Below, one piece after another: positions 24,601 to 36,355 of a stretch of 64,000 bases of DNA. Below the pieces are notes generated by a model that saw nothing but the letters and a program-made list of their open reading frames with translations, was not told the DNA's origin and made no database searches. The stretch spans positions 372,001 through 436,000 of the forward strand of contig RSEE01000053.1 of assembly GCA_003971905.1 (NCBI GenBank), given 5' to 3'. Every line of letters starts with the position of its first letter. Positions within the stretch are counted from its first letter, which is position 1. The stretch is from Moniliella sp. 'wahieum' (lineage: Eukaryota). Made by a program: the position numbers and the translations under genes.

Positions 24601-25142
24601 GCATTGTCTGCAGATGTCCTTCACCGGAACACTATAGCCATCAAGAGTCGCAAAAACTCGGATCCATTGCAATAAGGCGCACTCTATACTTCTTGTACGA
24701 GGTATTCCATCCAATCTCGTATCTCAACATCTTCCACTACGGTGGAACAGGGTGATACTGTAATCCTGAGCGCCCAGGAAACTCCGCCCCGCATGTGCTA
24801 CTTGAACATTTCCTGTCCGGACCTCTGTAGAGCTGGAGGGTATCTTCACTGAGTGTGGAGTCATTAACATTCGGTATCCATTTGACTCCTTGGCACCTCA
24901 TACACGTTTGTCTCTCCTGCTTCTTGATAACTCACGTGCACGGTGCACCTTTCTCACTACCAACCACCACTATCATTCAACGTTCAACGTTCACATGTCA
25001 CCCGTTCATCATCTCTCTGTTCCCATGCAATCAACTGAGATTCCACCTGGTAGGGATACCCCGTCTTCGTTCCAGCAACTTGACTCTATCCCACCATATT
25101 CCCTCTCCACAAAGCCCAACATCAGGCACGTTCGGTACAAGC

Positions 25143-27246
25143 ATGACGCGCAACGATCAACTCCACCCCAACCCGGGGTCCACTCCCCCCTTGGTATCTT
25201 CGGGCTCGGGCTCCACCTCAAGCTTGAGTTCCCACGTGAGCAATCTGACGACGGGGCAAGCCACCTCATCAACAACAGGCTCAAGTAGTCCCAACTCACT
25301 TCCTACGTACCGGGTACGAATGTCTCTTTGGTGAGAGAGTACCTACTTGCCTACCCTTAAACCCTTACCTGACCATCTGTTTCTAGCACCATACAGGTCC
25401 AGCGGGCATCAAGTCGCTTCCCCCCGTCCAAAGTACGTTCGGTGGCAACGAGCTCTTCGAGCGAGTCACTGCCCACCCACAATGGGGGAACCATATGGGA
25501 ATTCCTCGTCGTCCGGACATGCACAGGGAGAATGGATGCACGCAGAAACTCACAAGACCCGGCACCGGTTGGGGGACAAGGCACCATCCTTGATCCTTCC
25601 TTCCTCGGGGGGCAAGTCGAATGGGGGGCGCCCCACCTGGAACCGGGGGAAATTCTCAGGTTCTCAGCGCACACTAGCGCTCCGCACGGGAACGAAGTAT
25701 TTGTCACCGCTAGGGATGAGCCCTGATGCTGGCTGGGAGCCAGAGGGCGTGTTGAGCAACAAGATGGCAGGGCACAAGTTGCCGGATTCGTCCAGCGAGA
25801 GGAAGAGCGAAGAAGAGGATGAAGCTGAGTCCGCTCGCTCCACGTCCGAGGAACAAGATATGCAGGTGGCCGCGGCGAAGCGGAAACCGTTGAGAACGGT
25901 CAAGGAGACAGGCAGGCCCTTTATCCCCACCCCGCCAGGACCTCCGTTGCTCGTGATGGCCGACCTAGTTAGTCGGGCCCAAATGTCCCAGATCAACTTT
26001 GTCCGTCGTACATTCAAACAGGCCACGCCCACCGAACGGAGTGATCATGTGCTGTGGATAGGCAACATACCAAGGGAGACTACCGAGCCCGATGTGATAC
26101 GCTTCTTCCAGGAGAACATGCTGCTTCCTGCCGAGACCATTGTGAACCACCCCCATGGAATTGTGAGCATCTTTGTCATCCCGCGGTCCAAGTGCGCGTT
26201 TGTCAACTGGGAGTCAGAGCTGTTACTCAAGCATGTACTCGAATGGTTCTCCCACCTATCCAACAAGGAAAAGAAGCTCAATCCAACTGACCGAGCACCA
26301 CTAACCATGCAAGCACGGTCCAAAGCTTCGGAGCAGCAAGCGGGTGTTAGAGGACAGCACGGGCATGGTCTGCATGTTCGGTATGTGCATGAATACCAAA
26401 AACGCGCGGAAAATATGACGAAAAGGAGATGAGGAGCCCCCAAGTTGCTGAAAGTGCCGTGCCAGAGAAGAAACGACACGTGGCTTCTCGATCCATGGAC
26501 AAAGCGAAGGAGACGAAGTCGACGGACGAATCACGTCAGAGTCAAGAAGAAGAAGGCGAGGTGTCCACCGAGTCGCTTCAAGAGACTACCTCAAGTCTGC
26601 TTCGTCATCCCGCGTTACGCTATCGCTTTTTTATCCTCAAGTCGAATCATCTCAGTACGCTCAAACATGCTGTGCGCACCAAGATGTGGTCAACGTTATT
26701 GCACAACGAGTCCATCTTGGACCAGGCCTATCGTAACTCGGAAACGGTCTATCTGTTCATGTCGGCCATTACGTCCGGTGGGTTCTTTGGCGTCGCACGT
26801 ATGGCCGGGCCCATTCATCCCCGCGAAGAAGGCGAAGCAACGGGTCGGACAGAGAAGCAAGAACCGCCTGCCGATCCGATCGTAGCGCCCACCTCCTTGT
26901 CGTTGTTGGGATCCAATCTTCGTGGTGTTGAAGGGTCGAGTTCAGATGGTCGCGACAACGCATCCTCGCCATCGACGCCTTCTACCAACACGTCACTTCC
27001 AGGGGACCCATCGGGAACCATCTTGGTGGGACAATCGTCGGACGCGTCTTCGGGTGCGTCCACCCGACCCCGACCCCATTCCCCATCGAGTGGGTTGCAG
27101 TGATGGATGTTCCATTTACGCGCACCAACGGCATTCGCAACCCGTGGCGATCCAACCGTCCCGTTAAAGTGTCGCGCGATGGGACCGAGGTCGAGCCCAA
27201 CGCTGGGTGGGAACTTATGAAGCTATTCACGGCACCGTATCATTGA
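25143..27246 (+). CDS. RRM + YTH domain RNA-binding protein
   Basis: RRM: LWIGNIP...CAFVNW; YTH: RFFILKS, MWST..NE..LDQAY, GFFGVARMAG and FPIEW..DVPF..NPW...VKVSRDGTEVEP; probable intron ~25306-25390; frameshifts near 26430 and 27075. Confidence 0.88.
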
Positions 27247-27747
27247 TGTGTTTGTCTCCTTCTCCCAGTTGCGTCCGTCATTCACGCCATTCCCTGGCGC
27301 ATTCAATCAATATCGAGCCCGAAGAGGCGAAATCAATTTCGTATGTACTTGCGGCGTTTCCTTTCCCCATTTAAAGTTACCGTGACCGCGTGAGCCGGCG
27401 AATGGAATTGGGCCACGGTAGGGACGGCTCCTGTAAAAACCTGCTGCTGCATAGCTTCACATATGGGCAACCCCGCTGGGTGTGCGATTAGCTGGCAACT
27501 GACGTACAGCTCCCAATAGGCAATCCCCTCAACGTAAACCTACTACCCTTGACTGCAGCAACACACTCACATGATCCGCCGAGGGTTCTCGCCGCGGGTG
27601 ACAACAAGGCGTTTGCCATCCTACTCAACTACTGCAGCATGGCAAACAAAGATATGAAAAGCCCTAGTCGGTGAGCGTATCAAGAGACAAGCATGACACA
27701 GCCCAAAACGTTTTCAGAGAGAGAACATACAGCGGCTGGCAGCAAAC

Positions 27748-28637
27748 TTAAAGCTTCTGCATGGCAGCAATGTCGGTCGACTGGACGTAGTCCTCGCCCT
27801 GGGTCTCGATGGCCTCCTGGAGGTCTTCCAGCGAGACCTTGTCGTCCTCGACGACAAGGGTGATCTGCAGCTTGCTGACACCGTAGCCGACGGGGACAAG
27901 CTTGGACGAGCCCCAGACAAGGCCCTCCATCTCAATCGAGCGCACCGTCTTCTCGAGCTCGGGCATGGGCGTCTCGTCGTCCCACGGCTTGACCTCGAGG
28001 GTAACGACCGACTTGGCAGGGCCCTTGGGGCCCTTGGCAGCCTTCTTCTTCTCGTACTCGGCAACACGCTCCGCCTTGACGCGGGCAGCCTCGGCGTCCT
28101 CCTCCTCGTCGTCCGAGCCAAAGAGGTCAACGTCGTCGTCGTCCTCCTCCTCAGCGGCGGCGGCAGGGGCAGCAGCAGCAGCGCCACCGGCAACGCCCGC
28201 AGCGGCCAGAGCCTTGGCAGCAGCAGCCTTGTCGCCCTTCAGGGCCGGGTGCTCAGCCTCGTACGAAGCGACGTGGGCGAACCAGCGGGCAACGTGGGGG
28301 TACTGGGCAAAGACACCGGCGGCGACAGCGTCGTAGGTGGCAACATCGGCCTGGGTGGGCTCAGCGCTGGCAACACAGAGGAAGGTCAGTATGGGGAAGG
28401 GGAGGGGCAAGGCAAGGGAGGATGGGAAGGGTCAGAGTGCCATAGAAGTGGTTGTCTTCACAGCAAAAAGTCGCGGGGTCTTACGCCGCTGGGCTTGGAA
28501 ACACGGACCATAGCGTTATGATCATCAGGCAGAGGGGGGGGGAGGGGGGCGACATACCCAGCGATGTAGGACTTGTCGGCGAGGAACTTCTCGAGGCCAG
28601 CGAGGGCGGCGGCGTTGCTGAAGTCGGGGAGGGACAT
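27748..28637 (-). CDS. EFB1: Translation elongation factor 1-beta
   Basis: [44 protein letters not shown] and [11 protein letters not shown]; intron 28367-28557. Confidence 0.98.
28430..28530 (-). ncRNA. SNR18: Box C/D snoRNA U18/snR18 in the EF-1beta intron
   Basis: Box C TGATGA (28527-28522); guide TGGTCCGTGTTTC, antisense to LSU rRNA GAAACACGGACCA; C'-like GTGAAGA; box D CTGA (28435-28432); same host intron as yeast snR18. Confidence 0.85.
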
Positions 28638-30857
28638 GGCGGCGAGGGAGGCAAGCAGAGGGGGCGGTGGTGGAGAAGAGAAAAGGCAGGGGCGAACGCA
28701 GCGGCGGGAAGGAAGAGGACACACTGGCGCGGTGCGCCGGAATAAATTTTTGCGTGCTTACCTCAGCGCCTCCACGCGCTTCGTTTCCGCGCTGCGGCGG
28801 GGGGCAGTGAGGGGGGGGAGTGGGCTGCCTCTGAATCTGATCGGCCTGACTTTGGCCTCAGGGCCAGCGCCTGCGGCCCCAGAAGATCCGCTGGTTCTTC
28901 GCAGGCCACATGTCGCCTGGGCCACGTGGCCCAGCGGCCACCCCTGCACGTGACTGCCTGCTCCCGTGACCCCTGACCACGTGACCCCATCATTCATCGT
29001 TCCAGCTCAACGACTTGAGAGCAAACATACCCACACGCTCCCTTTGGCCCCAGGATGCCGAAGCGTGCCTTGGCGCGTGTCCCATCTCAGATCTCATCCA
29101 CAGCACCACGTCTTCCACGCAAGCCGCGCACAAAAGAGCGTGGTGGGCTGGGTGGCCTAGCATCCAACTGGGGTTCGTGCCCACAGCAGGGCGTCCACCT
29201 GGCTCAACGCTCAACAGCCAGCTCGGCCAGCGTCAGGTTGCGGGGACGGTGTGGGCGTACATCTCCAAGCAAGCGGGAGACAGGATGCGTTCCCACAATG
29301 CCTCCGATGGGAGGCTGGGATCTCAGAGCAAGTTACGTTCCACGTACACACACCTTCCTCCTCGCTCGTCCCCGTCGACGCTCTGTCCAGGATCAAGCTC
29401 ACGGTCTAAGATCTAACGCGGTATCGCACAATGGGCAACGTCTTCTGCCCCACCCCCACTGTCCTGTTTCCCCGTAGTCCGGCCACGCTGATGCACTCAG
29501 TACTCAGTTCAGTATTCATGAGTACTCAACGTACTCACATGCACATGACTCTGTACTCAGTACTCAGTACGTTAAGTACTAAGTTCTAAGTACTCATGAC
29601 TAGACTAGTGACTCAGGGACTTTAGGCACATGACTGACCCCGCTGATTGCATCCATGCACCATATCAATGGCTGCGACGGGGGTGGGACCGGGTGGGTCG
29701 GGGTGGGGCCCCATTGGCATGCTTCTGTTGCCATGCCACGGCTCCCTGGGTCCCATCACATGTCACATGAGCGCGTGCACATCCACGCTGTAGTCACCTA
29801 AGGCGTCAGGCCTAACGCCTAACGCCTATGACGCCTAACGCCTAACGCCTAACGCAGCTTCCTGCTTCCTAGTTTCCTTTCTTGGGCCTGCTGGCCTTAT
29901 CGATTATCGAGTATCGAGTACCGAGTGCCGGTTATTAGTGCTCCTGCTACCCCATCAAGCTTATCAGAGAGCGTAGGCCTTAGGTGCATGCGGAAGGAGT
30001 GACTACTTGTAGTGAGATCGATGGGGATAAAAGTATACCCGCCTCCGCAACCCGGCTGCAACACTCCCTCAATCGCCAACGCACGAATGGATATGCATGT
30101 GGTGACTCGGATGAGCAACTGAGTACTGAGTCGCTGCCAAGAGATGCCTCTCTCGGATAGGTTCTTCTTTATCGGCTCACCATCGTAAACCAAAGGCGCT
30201 TTGTGTTGAACTTCAACGCTTTGCACTCACTGAACGCTGAACGTTAGAACGATGAGATCTGAGATCCTGGATGGGATCAAATCCCAGTTCCCCACTCCAA
30301 TTCACTCGCTCTCGAGGAGGCCCCTGTGGACCTGTGTGGGCAGTGCCTCTCCGTCCTCCTGAGAAGTGGCAGGGCGCGCATCAGGCGCGCGTGCTCATCT
30401 GTTGCAGCAGCTGGGCCTTAGGAAAACAGGATGCCTTCATGTTCCTACGGGTGAGGGGGTGCCTCTGAACAATTTAATGGACAAGCGACAGAGAGAACAA
30501 AGCACATCGGATAGGAAATGCAAGTCTAAGGATATGGGAGGGATCTGGATATGGAAGGAATCTGGAGTAGGGCCCATTTCATTTCACTTTCAGCGGGTAC
30601 AAATCGTCGAATTACGTCTATGGTTCTGTACCGAGGGTAGCCCGTACGACGGGACGTAAGCCAGGTAGATTCGTGACAGATAGTAGAATGTACAAAAAAA
30701 TACAAGGAGTGGCGGCAACCGGGGCCAGTATGTGAGATGGTGGGGAGGGGGATGATGAGGAATGAAAAGAGATGAGGAGGAGGAGGAAGGAGAGAGGCAG
30801 AGGCTCAAAAGGTGCCTCTCCCCCCGGGGGGACGGGGGGGGGGGGGCAAGCCTCACA

Positions 30858-32056
30858 TCACAACTCGAGGGAGCAATCGACCCAAACCAAGCCGAGCGAC
30901 CGATCCAATTTCCAAGGAGCTAATACGCTTTCTGCCGAGCTGCCCGAGCCGGCCGACGAGGGTGGGCTGGGTCGTCGGCCGCGCACCAAGTCCACCTTGA
31001 TGGCATATTGCACGGTGACTGCGCCGCAGCGGAAACTGGGTACAGCAAAGGGGATGGGGAGGTAGCCTCCGCCCTTGGAGGGTTCAGCAAGGGAGAGGAC
31101 GGTCTGGCGCGGGACAGGGTGGCTGCCCACCTGCTCCACCTGCACCAACGTCACGCACGCCTTTTCGTGCGACAGCAGAAAGGGCAAGCGCGTGCCACAG
31201 CGCAGGGCAGTGGTGGGCAAGTGCAGGGTAACGTGTCCCCGCGCAAAGCGGGGTTTGCCACGGTACATTGACCATCCGGCTGGTGGTACGGGAGGAAGTA
31301 AAGGGAGAAAAGGAGGGGGAGGCGAAGTGCCCTCCTCACCTTGAAAAATGAGCGGCACTTCCACGTGCGCTTGAGGGGAAGAGATGGAAAGCACATACCA
31401 CACGCCTTGGGGCGCTCGGCTCTTGCGCCCGCGTTGCGGAACCTCGTACGACGGGGGTAAGGGCGCCAGCATCACCTCGCCCCGCGTGTTGGCCACCACG
31501 CCCCGGGGGAAAGGCACGGAAAAGGGCACATCCACCACGCGCCGTGGCGCTTTCGGGGGTAACAGGTCCATCTCCCGCTCCGTCCAGGGGATAAACTCAT
31601 GCGAGGTGTACGTCTCCTCGGCGGAAAAGACAAGGGTGCGGCCTTGGGCGGTGGAGGCCCAGGCGGTAATCTGGGGGGAGTGGGCAAGAGCGGGTCAGGA
31701 TGAGTAACTGCGCAGAGCAGAGGCGGGGGCAGAGGCAGGGCAGAGGTAGGGGTAGGGGCGTGCTCGGGCGAGGGCGACCCATGTTCCCGCGTGGGAGCAG
31801 GAGAGCGACGTACGGCAATGTGAACAGCGTCGACGCCGTGGGGATCAAAGGAGACGTGGCCCTGGACCTCGGGGCTGGTGCCGCGGTAGACGGGGAAGCG
31901 GTCGGCAAAGCCCTGGGAGGGGGCATAGACCACAACGCTGGCGCCGTCGGTGCTGGGGCCGGTGAGGTCGCGCGCCAAGCCGTACCTGCGAGTGGAGCGG
32001 GGGGCGCGCACTCGCTGGGCATATGCCTGCGCCTCGGTAGCGCAGACGACGGACAT
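30858..32056 (-). CDS. Hypothetical protein, arrestin-N-like beta-sandwich
   Basis: Intron 31671-31813; VPFSVPFP...LPPSY and VQYAIKV patterns typical of arrestin-like folds. Confidence 0.55.
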
Positions 32057-34766
32057 GGCGAGGGGAGGCAGAGGGAGGGCAGAGGATGGGAAGGACGAGG
32101 GAGCGGTGGCGGGGGACGGCGGCGGGCACGGCGGCGGCGCGTGTCTGATGGTGGTGGCGGGTCTAATAGCGGACGGGTGAGGCCGAGGGAGGGGCGCTGG
32201 GCAGCTGGCTGCGCTGGGCATCAGGAACGGAACGCAGGGCCCAGGCACAGCGGGCACCTGCCTGCTGGTACGCAAGCCAGGTACGCGCTACGCCCCAGCG
32301 GGTGCCCGGTGCGCCGTCCCCGGTCCACCGACACCGCTCAGCCTGAGCTCAGCCTGGGCGCTCCGCCAGGAACACAGCCGCGTGCCTGAAAATGCCGACA
32401 CTGCGCCCGTGCGGACCGCTTTCAGCCATCGCAGGCCACCGCACCCGCCAGCAGCCGCACCGCGCCCTGGCGCACCCGTCACCTGTCGCCTATGGCACAG
32501 TACTCAGAGCCTGTGATTTCTCACGCCCCCGCGCTGGACGGGGGCAGTGTGCCACGACCTCGGCCGAGGGGAGAGTGGGCAGCGCTGGGGGTTATTGATT
32601 CTTGGTTCCTGGTTCGGTGCCTTAAGTTTCGCAGTTGGCGTTTGGCGTTTGGCGTGTCTTAGCACGTCCTGAGTGCTTCAGCTCCTCCTCCATCCACAAT
32701 CGACTGCGTACGTGTCTCCACTCATGAGCAGCAGGCCGCGGGAGTCGCTCTTCACCCCCTGTGGCTCGGTCATGCCCAGGGCACAACGTGTGGAGGGGAA
32801 GGGGTTGGTCTGTGGGACTTGAAGCTTGAAGCTTGATGTGGATCCGTGTCTCCTGTGGAGGCGGCTTCCGAGGCGGAGCGTTAAGTCACTGATAGTGACT
32901 AGTGACTAGTGACTACTAGTCAGCGCGCTCTCGCTCTGTGCTGAGCCCCAGCCCTGAACATTTCAGCCCTCGGCCTCAATGTTCAATGGCAGCGGACTAT
33001 GCCGTCAACTCCCAGGCCGTGCGTGCACCTTGTCAAAGCTCTGCAAGCGGCCAACAGCTTCCACACACGTTCAAGAGGGCCAACAATTTCAACATGGCTT
33101 CGTGCACTACTGGCTAGCCAGCCACGCCGGCTTACCTGGCTCAGCGCTTTGGCCTCAAGCTCAGAACACTCAGTTGAGTACTCACAGTACTCCTCATACT
33201 CGTAATCATTAATCGATAATCATTAATCACATGTCACAGTGCTAATAGACGTACCATCAGTGGCGTACCACCATCGTAAAACGCGAAATCCATACTCGAC
33301 AACTGATCATCGATCAGACTAGCTACTTGGTAGACTAGCTACTTAATTGGTTAAGTGACTGTGCGCACTATAGCACCCACTCACGTGCACCCTCGCCTCC
33401 CCCATAGTGCAGATTGTGATGGCCTCCCACTTCACCGACCACTCTGGCTACACGCCTCTTCTCATTCTCGTGACGCGTGACGCGTGAATCAAGAATCTGT
33501 ACCAGTTAATCAGTCCTGAGCGCGTCATCCATGGCATGCATGTCACCGGTCACCGGTCACCGGCAAAGATGCTGATGTGCAAAAGTGGTGCAAAAGACCG
33601 GTCGGTGCCTGGGTGTGCCTGGGTTTTCCCTGTCTTCAGCTTCTTCGGCACACTTCGGCAGGCCTCGGCACTAGTTTCAGCGCCGGGCTTTGGCGTAGCA
33701 TCCAATGCGTAAATGTATGGCGAGGCCCTGAGGCTCAGCCTGAGGCCGCCGCAGCCCGTGACAGAAGGTGCCGGGGGGCCCAAAAGATGATCTAAGAGGA
33801 TTTACATATTTACTTCTTAGCTCCCTCGATCCCGGCTCATACTATAGGTGGTACTGCTCCATGCCGGGTACCCGGTACCCGCTGCCCGGCGTGTCTCTGC
33901 CAGTCTCTGGCCCTTTTGGTTTCAGACCTCTCAGAATACTGAAGCTCTGAAGCTCTGAGATCTGAAGCTTGAAGCAGACCGAACCTGCAAACCCTTTTGA
34001 TCGAGATCTCAGATCTGTGAGATCCCAGATCTTCTCCAGCCACAAGTGCAGCCACTCGCAACTCGCAACTGTTGGTTATTGGCGAAACCTCCGAAGAAAT
34101 TCGCTCGCACATGAATGTTTCAGCATTCCCCCCCGCAATGTTCTTCCTTATGCGTTACGCGTTACGGGGTTTGCAACCGTCCGCACTTCCAAAACCAAAC
34201 TTTATCCATCCCACGGGCACAGGCTGGCACAGGCTGGCCGTAGGCCCTGCCAGCCAAGCCTAAGCCACGTACGGTACGTACGTCCCTTGCGTGCGCCCTG
34301 CGAACACAGGCTTTCATTGAATATTGAGCGAGCCTGGTAGACGTTAGATGTACCGAGGCGTAGCCGCGGCGTAGCGTTTCTTGGTTCCTGTTCCATGGTT
34401 TGCCAAGGCCACGAATCTCAATCCAGCAGCGATATACGATGGCAGCTATTGCAGACCATTACAGTTCCTGGTCTCGCGGTGCTGAACGATACCCTGCCGA
34501 TGGGTGCCGAACAGCGCTGTATACTTCAGTAGGAGTTACTGTTAGTTACTCTTCCTGTTGTTACTATAGTCACGTGTTACATGTTACGCCGGATTGGCCG
34601 GTGGCTGACTAGACTGCTCTGGATTCTTTGTATTCTCTTGCGGATCGACGCGCTATCAGATCTCTGATCTCCAATGTCAGATGTCAGACAGTGTGTAGAA
34701 CCTGCCGCTGCATCTATCGACTATCGCACTCGACTGAGACTCTAACTCGGCACGCACAGTACTCAC

Positions 34767-34977
34767 TGTTGACCACCAGTGGTCTAGAGCCCATCGGCCT
34801 TCAGTGACACGTGGCCCGATCCACACAGTGCACCGGGGCAGTGAGTTCCGACCCTTCCACGGGTCTCCACTGGCCTCCAGGCCAGGAGCCTATCAAGGCC
34901 CATAGCTCTAGCTCTCCTTAGCTCTTGAATGCCATCTCCATCGACCATCGCCAGCATCGCTAGCTAGGCCTGTGACA
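34767..34977 (+). repeat. 5' LTR of the copia element
   Basis: TGTTGACC...GCCTGTGACA, direct repeat of 39813-40023. Confidence 0.98.
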
Positions 34978-34990
34978 GAGCTACAATCTG
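34978..34990 (+). promoter_or_regulatory. Primer-binding site complementary to a tRNA anticodon arm (best match: spliced tRNA-His(GUG))
   Basis: GAGCTACAATCTG abuts the LTR, lacks TGG, and pairs with CAGAUUGUGGCUC with one G-U. Confidence 0.75.
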
Positions 34991-35123
34991 AAGCACCCCA
35001 CTGGCGCAAAGGATCAATACTCAGCACCACCATCGGCGCCCACCGTCACCACCACCACCAACGCCACCATCGGCACCACACACCAACCAATTCAAAAAAA
35101 AAACAAAGGAAAAATCAGCCACC

Positions 35124-36355
35124 ATGCCCCCCGAACTGGAAGAAAACACCCCTCCTCCCGAAGTCTCTGTCATCGAAGAGGCGCAGGACATCGACGAACC
35201 GACCACCACCCTGTCTCCGACCCGACCTGGCAACAGGCCCTCACCGCCGTCAGAGACAACCTCCTCGCAAGCACCCGCGCGTTCAAGCCCACCAGCGCTG
35301 ACAATCTCCGCTCCACATGCCGCTCGTTCGCTACGGATGCACACACGGCGGCGTATGGACCGAAGAGCAAGAAAACACCGGGCGGAAAGGAAAATTGGAT
35401 CTACACGCTCACCCTCGCGTTGGAGAAATATGTATTGGCCGTTGAATTCACGAAGCCGCAAAACACCCGTGAGGCCCTTGCATCCGCGAGTGAGGACATG
35501 GCCGAGCTTCGCCACGCTGAGAAACGCGCGTCAAAAGAGATCGAGCGTACCAACGCGACGCGCAAGGACGCCTTCCGCGACCCCACCGAATATGTGCTCT
35601 GGGAGCCCTCCATCCTCAACATCCTGGACCGCATCCACCCCGCCGCGAAGGACATCGTTCGCTCCGGTCCATCGTCACCACACTACGACTCGTCCCTCGA
35701 TCTACGCCTCCAGAACCTTCTGTGGTCCCACCTCCCGAACGACGTTCAATCTGCCATTATTGCACAGGACAACGTTGACACGTCAGCTGACTTGCTCCGT
35801 GCCCTGCGAAACAAATACGGTACGGTCGACTGCAAGACGTATCATGAATTGTCCAGTCGCTTTCACCACTGCTACCAAAACCGGCGCAGCGGGAGCGCGT
35901 TCCTATCTGAAATGGGGACGCTCCGCAACCGGATCAGCGCAACCACACCGATGTCGGACGAGCAATTCCGCCGTATCCTCGTCGGGGCCCTCCGCGACCC
36001 TGGTGACCGTCGCCGCCTAGAGCACATGACTCTGGCGGAGACAATGCAAGACGTGGAGAGAATCCCAGCGGACCCAGAGTACAGAATTCCGTACCGGGGC
36101 CGTCACCCCCGGACCGCCAACTCGGGCGCTGGCAAACACGACAGCGCGGGATCCCAGCAGCATAGCGGGGGTCCTCCTGCCGGTGCATCTCCCCGTAGCG
36201 GGGGTGCTCTTGCGAGAAAGCCGTCCGGCCACACCGGGGTTCCTTCGAACAACAAATGGCACCGCAACAGCTCCGCGCGAGCGCACATTGCCACCGAAGA
36301 CGACGTCTCCGAAGGGGAGACCCTGTCTGTGGACCTTGCCCTATCTGACAAATAG
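35124..36355 (+). CDS. Copia Gag
   Basis: Helical capsid-like region (LLWSHLPNDVQSAII..SADLLRALRNKYG); ends at TAG 36353-36355; N-terminal frameshift(s). Confidence 0.8.

Noticed and set aside
5357..36355. Genome-wide TAA/TAG reassignment suggested by in-frame stops in the glycosidase and the copia element
   Set aside because: EF-1beta ends at TAA right after its conserved C-terminus, other genes end at TAA/TAG, conserved genes show no internal stops, and no suppressor tRNA is seen
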